From Staphylothermus hellenicus DSM 12710 (GTDB lineage Archaea; Thermoproteota; Thermoprotei_A; Sulfolobales; Desulfurococcaceae), in contig NC_014205.1 in the NCBI RefSeq assembly GCF_000092465.1, positions 180,001 to 212,000 of the forward strand: a stretch of DNA of 32,000 nt, read 5' to 3'. The notes under the pieces are model-generated. The model was not told where the DNA came from. It made no database searches and saw only the letters and a program-made list of their open reading frames with translations. Made by a program: the position numbers and the translations under genes. This document shows positions 8,842 through 16,192 of this stretch, piece by piece. How positions within the stretch are numbered: the stretch's first letter is position 1; each line of letters begins with the position of its first letter.

Positions 8842-9270
8842 ATGGATGAACAAGATTATCCAGACTACATAAAACTGTATATTGAACCAGAAGTTATATT
8901 TGGTGGGTCTGCGAGACAATTAGATTACGCTATAGTAGATCAAAGAGATCCGGTTAATGTGTTAGTGCTTGCTGAGGTAAAGAGGATAATAACAACGCAT
9001 AACCTTAGTGATTATGTCCATAATAGTTTCAAGGTATTTAATGAGATCCTAAAAGAGTCTCAGAATTATTTCAGCGATAACAGGTTCCTAGTTTTGCATA
9101 TTCATTTAGCTCCTTGGTTTTCTGGCGAAACTGAACTGTATGAGGTATTAAAGGCTTTGGATGCAGTTTCTATCTTTGCCAATGTCAGTGTGATCGTTAG
9201 CAGGGGAGAAGATATAGATCGATTTGAAGAGGATTTAGCTCCCTTTCTAGAACAAATAATCCACAGCTAG
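8842..9270 (+). CDS. Hypothetical protein with a possible PD-(D/E)xK nuclease motif
   Basis: The ORF runs 8797-9270 and the first ATG is at 8842. The segment E(PE)...QLDYAIVDQRDPVNVLVLAEVKR fits a D-x(n)-E-x-K pattern on predicted beta strands. This is motif-level evidence only. Confidence 0.4.
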   Translation: MDEQDYPDYIKLYIEPEVIFGGSARQLDYAIVDQRDPVNVLVLAEVKRIITTHNLSDYVHNSFKVFNEILKESQNYFSDNRFLVLHIHLAPWFSGETELYEVLKALDAVSIFANVSVIVSRGEDIDRFEEDLAPFLEQIIHS

Positions 9271-9795
9271 TACTTTATATGAATGCGTCTATAAAAGTTC
9301 ATATAACTCAATCACTGTAAAATATTAGATCATTTCATATAATTATTGAACTATTTTGTCTAAAATACCTAATTAAAGCCACATATTATTTAATTGATAA
9401 CATATGATAAGCCACGTTCCATGTTACGAAAAGTTTCTACTCTAGCTAACCATCTTGTATATATCAGCTTTTCAAATATATTTACAATACTTCTTATCTA
9501 CAGCTTCACATAATGGCTCACTATAATGCAAGCTGATCATATAAGATTTAAGCCTAATCCTCTCTGCATTCCTTAACTTATTTCTAAACACACGCCGCGA
9601 AATGGACAAACACTGCAATACATGGATGTTCACCAGAGTATATACTTCACTGAGCCTTAACCTATTTTAAAAATAATATATTGTTGAGAAAAGAACTCTA
9701 TGCTAATTTTGATTCTTAATACAGAAAAATATTGATTATTAATGATCTTTCCCATAAACTTGTTTAGACCACTATCTAGATACCAGATTAGCCTA

Positions 9796-9821
9796 CCTTT
9801 TAATTCTTTTAGTGTTGTTAC
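9796..9821 (-). repeat. Lone degenerate CRISPR repeat attached to leader copy A
   Basis: The plus strand reads ccttttaattcttttagtgttgttac, against the array consensus ccttcaattctttctgtgttgttac. The difference is a 1-nt insertion plus a few mismatches. It sits directly next to a leader-like sequence, and no spacer follows. Confidence 0.6.
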
Positions 9822-9825
9822 TTAC

Positions 9826-9976
9826 TTTGGTTCGAATACGTTGTTACATTTATAGTTTTTGTTCGAAGTAGTATATATTATTTTCTCTATTTGATCCCAT
9901 GGTTGATCCTGTTCGACTAGTTTACTATATGTTAAACGGGTTTGTATAATGATAAATGTTCGACTAGTTTACTATA
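9826..9976 (-). promoter_or_regulatory. CRISPR leader copy A (remnant)
   Basis: It shares long identical runs with 14173-14345: tttggttcgaata, acatttatagttttt, gatcctgttcga and gggtttgtataatgataaatgttcgac. Confidence 0.65.
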
Positions 9977-10264
9977 GGGTTTAGGTTGTTTTATGCTTGG
10001 TGTGAGGAACATAAGATGCGATGTATTATATGTTGTTGGGAAAACGATTTGTGAAGCATGCGGTTTTAAATATGATTAATACTTAACACTTTTTATTTCT
10101 CCTCTAACAGAAACTGTGCCACGTATATTTCTCATCCTAAACCAATTCTAAGAATGAAACCTAAACAATTCCACAAGCACATAAATAGTGCAGTGAAAAT
10201 ACACTAATACCTACATTCCAGAATAACCAAGCAACCCCCATAACAGAAAAACACATAAACAACT

Positions 10265-10434
10265 ACGCAGCTCAATCGAACACTTCACATTATACAAACC
10301 AATCAACACCCCAACGATACTATCAAACCTATAGAAAACCAGTCGAACACTATCAAGCATGGATCAATCATGGAAAAGCATATATATCAGGTTCGAGGAA
10401 AAAACTATAAATGTAGCAATTTATTCGAACCAAA
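10265..10434 (+). promoter_or_regulatory. CRISPR leader copy B (inverted relative to copies A and C)
   Basis: Its reverse complement aligns with 14173-14345, for example atatatatgcttttccat, ttgatccatgcttgat and tttggttcgaata. It ends exactly at the first repeat of the mini-array. Confidence 0.7.
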
Positions 10435-10525
10435 GTAACAACACAAAAAGAATTGAAAGTGGTGTTTGCTAAATTAACGGTGTCCGAGAGGCCTCGCAGC
10501 GTAACAACACAGAAAGAATTGAAAG
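10435..10525 (+). CRISPR. CRISPR mini-array: 2 repeats, 1 spacer
   Basis: The repeats are GTAACAACACAAAAAGAATTGAAAG (10435-10459) and GTAACAACACAGAAAGAATTGAAAG (10501-10525). The 41-nt spacer lies at 10460-10500. The repeat 3' end ATTGAAAG is the typical archaeal crRNA 5' handle, which sets the orientation. Confidence 0.8.
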
Positions 10526-10579
10526 GCTGTATAGATAAGTAGAGGATAATAATGAGTAGTTGTATGCTTAGTTATTGTG

Positions 10580-11596
10580 TTAAACATTTAGTTTCATGTA
10601 TGTGCTGTACTTGTATTTCCTATATTCTTTTTTGTCTATTGGTTTTCTTAGTATGAATAGTTTTTCATGATATATTAGTAGGAAGTCTTTGTTTTTCAGC
10701 TTTGACCATATTTCTCGTGTGGTCTTCATTTTGTGCTGTATTTTCACAACTTCTTCTTTAAGTATGAATCCTGTTTTTAGAAGGGTTTCTAGTACATGGT
10801 GGGTTATTGGGACGTAGTGTTTGTGGATCCTTGTGTCACCGATTAGGATCCCCAGGATTCTTCCTGGCTTAAGCACTCTGAAGGCTTCTTTTCCAACTTG
10901 TTGTATCATGGCTAAGTATTCTTCTAATCTCCTAGCTCCCGAGAGGTCTCCAGGGATCTTCTTGGTTCTGCTATACCTTATAATATTGTAGTATGGTGGG
11001 TGGGTAGCTACTAAGTCTATGCTGTTACTGCTTATCTTGTCCAGGTTCCGGGCATCTCCATGGTAGATTTCAACTCTAGCCTTGAGAATATCCTCAATGG
11101 ATACGGGAGAGTATTCTCCTCCAAATATTTCTTGGGTGGAGGCTTGTTTCTCCAAGTATTTCTCCAGCCAGTATAGTCTGTGGAGTGTTAGTATGACTGC
11201 GTTGTAGTTTATATCTACACCTATACAGTTCCTGCCCAGAAGCTTTGCTTCAATACATGTTGTACCACTACCAATCATTGGATCCAATACTGTTTCTCCA
11301 GGCATAGTATATGCAAGTATAAGTGCGCGAGCCATTTGAGGAGGCCAATTACCCCGATAATCCCCGCGGTGAGTGGCCCAAGAACCCCTCTTCGGAAAAC
11401 TCCAAACAGTAGTACTTATATCAGTTAATTCCTGTGGTAAAGGATATAAACGCTTCACACGTATAGGTTCCAAGCTAATCCTGTTCCCCTCAATCTCCAC
11501 CGCCCTATTATTCTTTAAGAACTCTAGGTAATCATCATAGGAAACCCTCCTCATACCAGCCACATTACTGTTTCTCTGCAACTTGCCTTTCTTCAT
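10580..11596 (-). CDS. Orphan N6/N4 DNA methyltransferase
   Basis: 338 aa. NWPPQMARALILAYTMPGETVLDPMIGSGTTCIEAKLLGRNCIGVDIN is motif I with the flanks typical of N6_N4_Mtase. It is followed ~90 aa later by IDLVATHPPYYNII (motif IV). No adjacent endonuclease is recognisable. Confidence 0.75.
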   Translation of the reverse strand: MKKGKLQRNSNVAGMRRVSYDDYLEFLKNNRAVEIEGNRISLEPIRVKRLYPLPQELTDISTTVWSFPKRGSWATHRGDYRGNWPPQMARALILAYTMPGETVLDPMIGSGTTCIEAKLLGRNCIGVDINYNAVILTLHRLYWLEKYLEKQASTQEIFGGEYSPVSIEDILKARVEIYHGDARNLDKISSNSIDLVATHPPYYNIIRYSRTKKIPGDLSGARRLEEYLAMIQQVGKEAFRVLKPGRILGILIGDTRIHKHYVPITHHVLETLLKTGFILKEEVVKIQHKMKTTREIWSKLKNKDFLLIYHEKLFILRKPIDKKEYRKYKYSTYMKLNV

Positions 11597-11813
11597 ATTA
11601 GCTATACACCCTGGAAAACCACTTATGCTTTTCTAAAATATATTACATGTATATTATTATTTAGGGAATCATATTGATCACATAGTATTAGGTATAAGTG
11701 TTTATCTCTTCTTTAATCTTAATATATGATTGAACATTGTTTATTGTAGCGAAACTTTTATAATATGGATACAGTATACATGGAGTCAACACTATTATTT
11801 ATAGGCTAGGAGA

Positions 11814-13757
11814 TTGTTTGGAATGAATAAAATACTTGCTCTACTATTCTTATCCATAATGATTCTCAGCATACCAGCTATAGTTCCAAATAATACAGTT
11901 GGCTCAGCAGGGGGAGAAATGGGGCCTTATTGGTTCAAGGACTATTATAATGTACCTGGCCATATTCTTGATCTCTACGACTTCGACACAGTTTTTGCTC
12001 CTAACGGGGACATCGTTGTTGCCGGTAATATTTATGGTTTTGGTGCTGGAGAAATTGATGCTTTGGTTATGAGGGTTAACAGGTGTGGTGAAATAGTATG
12101 GTATAAAAGCTATGGCGGGGTCGAAGACGATATTGTATCCTCTGCAATTATAGCTCCTAATGGAGACATAATAGTTGCTGGTTGGACCGGGAGCTTTATT
12201 GAGGATGGAGACTGGGATCTATGGATTCTCCGCCTAGACGGGAATGGAAGCATTGTTTGGGAGAAGGATTATGGTGGAAGCACTGATGATGGTGGCACAA
12301 AGGTTTCCCTAGCAATTGATCCATCATCTGGAGACATAGTTGTTGCTACATCAACTCTTCAAAGCGACAACTATGGTGGCTTGTGGAATAATATATGGCT
12401 TCTACGCCTGGATAAACACGGTAATGTTAAGTGGGAGAAAACATATGGTGTGGAATCAGATGAAGACTATGCTTTTGCAGTAAGTATCGCCCCTAACGGA
12501 GACATAGTTGTAGGTGGAGAAACAAGTGGATCTTATTGGGTAGGAGACAACATTGTCTCTGGTGCATGGGTGTTGAGACTTGACCCAAACGGGGATATTA
12601 TATGGCAGAAAGTCTATGAAACCCCTCAAGCTTATGAGGAAATCAGCGGGATCCTAGTATTGCCAAGTGGAGACATATTGGTTAGTGGTTCAAGTGGGAG
12701 TTTAAGCGAAGTAATGCATAGTTGGATCGCGTATCTAGATGGGGGAGGCAATGTTAAATGGTCGAAAACCTATATTCGAAGCATCGAGGAAGGAGGTTCA
12801 ATAAGTGAACCCGTCCTAGCCCCAAATGGTGACATTATAGGTAGAGACATCTATACTATAGCGGTATCCCAGGATGGAAGCTTGAAATGGGCTAAGTGGA
12901 TGATAGATGGGGCAATGGCTGGACCCATAATATCACCGGATGGAACAGCTGCAGTAGCTGGAATAGAAGCACATGGTTTCGCTATTGGGAGATTCAATAT
13001 AAGCAATGTACCAGAGTATTCTGGCTGGCAAAACCCAAACGATCCAGGCTGGGATGGATGGGGCAGTGTTGACCTAAAAGTTTACGATGCTGAACTAATT
13101 GTTACATCTTCAAATATTGCCCCAAACACACTGCCTGGTTCACCACGAAACATAAATGTTGAGATACATGAAGCAGAACATAATGCTATATCCAATATTA
13201 CATCTAATACTATATGGAGTGTATCATCCATATCAGAACCACAAAACCTCCAAGCAACAACTAATAACAATAATGTCGAGTTAACATGGGATCCACCAAT
13301 AGATAATGGTGGGTGCAGAATAGTAGAATATAGGATTTACCGTGGAACAAACAATAATAACCTAGAATATTATGCATCAGTAAATGGGTCAACAACAAGC
13401 TTCACAGATAAAAACACTGCTAATGGTCAAACCTATTATTACAGAGTAAGCGCTGTAAACAACATAGTTGAAGGACCAAAATCAAACATAGCAAGCGCTA
13501 CAACAACAAGTTCAACACCAAGCGAAACAACAAGCACAACACCCACAACAACCATAGGCACAACCACAACCACCACCAGTACAAGCACAAGCCACACACA
13601 AACAACCCCTCCACAAACCAGTACAGAAAAAACAAGCAATACACCAAGCGAAAACACAAGCCCCAACAATCAAGGATTCCCATACGAAACAGCAGCGATC
13701 ATAGCAGTAATCATAATTATCCCACTACTAGCATACACACTGATACGCTTAAAATAA
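11814..13757 (+). CDS. Secreted, membrane-anchored surface protein: ~7 beta-propeller-like repeats + fibronectin type III domain + Thr/Ser-rich stalk + C-terminal TM anchor
   Basis: It has an N-terminal signal/TM segment (NKILALLFLSIMILSIPAIV). A repeated module occurs about 7 times (APNGDI[IV]VAG ... W.K.YGG). The FN3-like segment is PQNLQATTNNNNVELTWDPP..YRIYRG..YYYRVSAVN. A TTTSSTPSETTSTTPTTT stalk is followed by the terminal AAIIAVIIIIPLLAYTLIRLK. The ATG at 11823 may be the real start. Confidence 0.75.
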   Translation: MFGMNKILALLFLSIMILSIPAIVPNNTVGSAGGEMGPYWFKDYYNVPGHILDLYDFDTVFAPNGDIVVAGNIYGFGAGEIDALVMRVNRCGEIVWYKSYGGVEDDIVSSAIIAPNGDIIVAGWTGSFIEDGDWDLWILRLDGNGSIVWEKDYGGSTDDGGTKVSLAIDPSSGDIVVATSTLQSDNYGGLWNNIWLLRLDKHGNVKWEKTYGVESDEDYAFAVSIAPNGDIVVGGETSGSYWVGDNIVSGAWVLRLDPNGDIIWQKVYETPQAYEEISGILVLPSGDILVSGSSGSLSEVMHSWIAYLDGGGNVKWSKTYIRSIEEGGSISEPVLAPNGDIIGRDIYTIAVSQDGSLKWAKWMIDGAMAGPIISPDGTAAVAGIEAHGFAIGRFNISNVPEYSGWQNPNDPGWDGWGSVDLKVYDAELIVTSSNIAPNTLPGSPRNINVEIHEAEHNAISNITSNTIWSVSSISEPQNLQATTNNNNVELTWDPPIDNGGCRIVEYRIYRGTNNNNLEYYASVNGSTTSFTDKNTANGQTYYYRVSAVNNIVEGPKSNIASATTTSSTPSETTSTTPTTTIGTTTTTTSTSTSHTQTTPPQTSTEKTSNTPSENTSPNNQGFPYETAAIIAVIIIIPLLAYTLIRLK

Positions 13758-13882
13758 AGAAAGAACGAAAAACCCATAAAAACACCAAGACATTTTGTAC
13801 TCACCAAAATCATTTTTGTATCCTCCCAGCCAGACATTTAATTTACCGAATACTAGTAGAAGAACCGAGTGGAAGAAATTCA

Positions 13883-14172
13883 CTTTCAATTCTTTCTATG
13901 TTGTTACCAAGTCAAAATATGACTACGATGGAACAGGGAGCAAGGTCCTCCTTCAATTCTTTCTGTGTTGTTACAAGGGACTTGGATAACAGACTGGGAA
14001 AAAGATAAGATTTGGGACCTTCAATTCTTTTTGTGTTGTTACCTAATGAAATTGGTAGACTACAAACAATAAGCGATGTAAGCCTTCAATTCTTTCTGTG
14101 TTGTTACCACGGTTTATTCTTACCGGTAATTATGAGTGGAAAATAATCCTTCAATTCTTTCTGTGTTGTTAC
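13883..14172 (-). CRISPR. CRISPR array: 5 repeats, 4 spacers (40-43 nt), transcribed on the minus strand
   Basis: The repeats lie at 14148-14172, 14083-14107, 14018-14042, 13950-13974 and 13883-13907. On the minus strand they read GTAACAACACAGAAAGAATTGAAGG. The leader-distal repeat is degenerate (..CATAGAAAGAATTGAAAG). The leader adjoins position 14173. Confidence 0.9.
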
Positions 14173-14345
14173 TTTGGTTCGAATACCTTGGTACATTTAT
14201 AGTTTTTCTTCGAACCACATATATATGCTTTTCCATACTTGATCCATGCTTGATCCTGTTCGAACAATTATCTATAGGCTTATTAGTATCGCTGACCCCT
14301 TGACGGGTTTGTATAATGATAAATGTTCGACCAGTTTTCTATATT
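14173..14345 (-). promoter_or_regulatory. CRISPR leader copy C
   Basis: This AT-rich sequence directly abuts the first repeat. It is repeated at 9826-9976 in the same orientation and at 10265-10434 inverted. It contains several TTCGAA-type palindromes. Confidence 0.75.
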
Positions 14346-14429
14346 GGTTTGTGGGTAAGGTTTCTATATTTTCTCTATTATTTTTCTATTTGGTGGTTGG
14401 TTTTGGTGTTTTCGAGTGATAGGGTTTAT

Positions 14430-16097
14430 TTGGTTGTTGATGAGATTGGTGTTTTTCTTGGGAGATTTGCTGGTAGGGGGTTTGGGTATTACAAGTCTTT
14501 GAGGAATGTTGTTTTTGATTATGATGGTGTTAAGGCTTATTTTACTCGTATACAGTCTGACCCCTATGCTCCCCCATCTGTATTTCAGATAGTTGTTCCT
14601 GGGAAGATACATGGTTTGAAGCTTAAGGGATATGGTAAAAACGATTACTTGGCTTTATCTGATTATCTCTATAGGAGATTGTATAGTGAATCTGTTAAGT
14701 ATAGGAGGAAATGTGGTAGTGGGTATAGTTGTTTCCTTGGAGTTCCTAAGCCTTCTCCAATAATGATTTATCGTAGTGGGGCTGAAATTGTTGGGGAAGA
14801 TATTGTTTTGAGAATATTTATTGGTTTACCAGCATCTGGTAGGAGAATATTGGTTAAACCACTTAATCATATATTATCAGTAATTATTCCCAGAATAATC
14901 AATAAGTTCAGGAACATGTATAGGTGTGAAGAAGAGATATGGGAGAGGATTCTTTATCTTAGGGACTACTTGTATATTCAGAAACTACTCGAGGAGGAGA
15001 ATGCTGTAGCTTTTATAGCTAATAATAGTGTTTTACCTAGAGAATCCAGTATATCGCAGAAACCCTTAGCAAACGCTGTTCCTTTCAGGGTAGAGGATAG
15101 GTTTTCTCGAGAAATAAGGGTTCCAAGCGGTAAAACAGTTTATGGACTAATTATCCCCCGAGGACTCACAGTTATAACTGGTGGGGGGTATCATGGTAAA
15201 ACTACATTGTTGGAGGCATTACAGGATGGAATATATCCCCACATACCCGGTGATGGCAGAGAATACGTTGTATCTAGGCCTAGAACTGTTCTTGTAAAAG
15301 CTGAGGATGGCAGATTTATTCATAGAGTAGATATTTCTAGTTTTATAAAGAAAATACCCGGTGGTGGGGATACTAGGGATTTTATAAGTAGGGATGCAAG
15401 CGGATCTACAAGCATGGCTGCATCAATAAATGAGCTTGTCGAGGTAGGAGTTGACAATATCTTGTTGGATGAGGATACTAGTGCTACAAACCTATTATAT
15501 AAGGATGAATACATGTCTAAACTACTCTACGACGACCCAATAACAACAATTACACAATTAGCCAGAAGCTTCACCGAGAAAACAAGAACTAACCTAGTAA
15601 TAGTTTCCAGTGCTTCATCGATTCTACTAAGCAAAGCTGGCTTCATTATTCTTATGAGAAACTATAAGCCCACAATACGGTCTAGGAAAGAAATGGGTTT
15701 AGTGGATAAGCTCCCGGATAAACAATACATTCCGCCCAGGGAGAGGAGAGTGTTTAGGGGGATAAGAGGTGTTAAAAAAATTAGGGCTAAGGGGTCAAAG
15801 CTTATATTAAAATATGTGGATGGAATAGTTTTCGAGCTAGACTTAAAGAATAATCCGAGAATAATTGAGAATGGACAAGTAAAAATGATCGCCACTATTC
15901 TTAAATGGATTATTAGAGAAAAAATCAATGGTTCAACGAGAGAACTGGTTGAAACAATAAATAATGTGTTCCGAGAAAAAGGATTCCGGGGATTCACTAG
16001 TATGGTTCCCCCTGATCTCGGATGGGTTGATGGATTAGATGTTGCATGGACTATTAATAGATTATACAATGTAGTATTCGAGAAAAGACCCTCATAG
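14430..16097 (+). CDS. ABC_ATPase family protein (COG3044-like predicted ATPase of the ABC class)
   Basis: Matching segments are ITGGGYHGKTTLLEALQDGIYPHIPGDGRE, ASGSTSMAASI, ILLDEDTSATNLL and the N-terminal GYYKSLRN..IQSDPYAPPS. The track ORF starts at 14316, but its first ~38 codons lie inside the repeated CRISPR leader. The TTG at 14430 is a more plausible start, though unverified. Confidence 0.75.
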   Translation: MVVDEIGVFLGRFAGRGFGYYKSLRNVVFDYDGVKAYFTRIQSDPYAPPSVFQIVVPGKIHGLKLKGYGKNDYLALSDYLYRRLYSESVKYRRKCGSGYSCFLGVPKPSPIMIYRSGAEIVGEDIVLRIFIGLPASGRRILVKPLNHILSVIIPRIINKFRNMYRCEEEIWERILYLRDYLYIQKLLEEENAVAFIANNSVLPRESSISQKPLANAVPFRVEDRFSREIRVPSGKTVYGLIIPRGLTVITGGGYHGKTTLLEALQDGIYPHIPGDGREYVVSRPRTVLVKAEDGRFIHRVDISSFIKKIPGGGDTRDFISRDASGSTSMAASINELVEVGVDNILLDEDTSATNLLYKDEYMSKLLYDDPITTITQLARSFTEKTRTNLVIVSSASSILLSKAGFIILMRNYKPTIRSRKEMGLVDKLPDKQYIPPRERRVFRGIRGVKKIRAKGSKLILKYVDGIVFELDLKNNPRIIENGQVKMIATILKWIIREKINGSTRELVETINNVFREKGFRGFTSMVPPDLGWVDGLDVAWTINRLYNVVFEKRPS

Positions 16098-16192
16098 CCG
16101 AGGGATTCGTCACCTTATCAGACGATGCGGGCGACACCCGACGGGCTGTCATCGGGTCATATATATGTATATTGTTGATTAGGATATATTGT

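Noticed and set aside
9480-9660. ~59-codon minus-strand ORF (..RRVFRNKLRNAERIRLKSYMISLHYSEPLCEAVDKKYCKYI) near leader copy A, as a possible cas gene remnant
   Set aside because: It has no ATG start, no recognisable Cas motif, and sits in a long AT-rich non-coding stretch. This cannot be supported from sequence alone.
13439-13683. Minus-strand ORFs 13439-13669 and 13498-13683 (Val/Leu/Trp-rich)
   Set aside because: They are an antisense reading of the Thr-rich (ACA/ACC) low-complexity stalk of the surface protein, which is an artefact of repetitive codons.
16098-16160. C/D box sRNA in the GC-rich gap after the ABC_ATPase gene (minus-strand CGATGA ... CTGA)
   Set aside because: The C-like and D-like boxes are ~27 nt apart with no matching C'/D' pair or terminal stem in the canonical ~12-nt spacing. 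It is retained only as an unclassified structured element.
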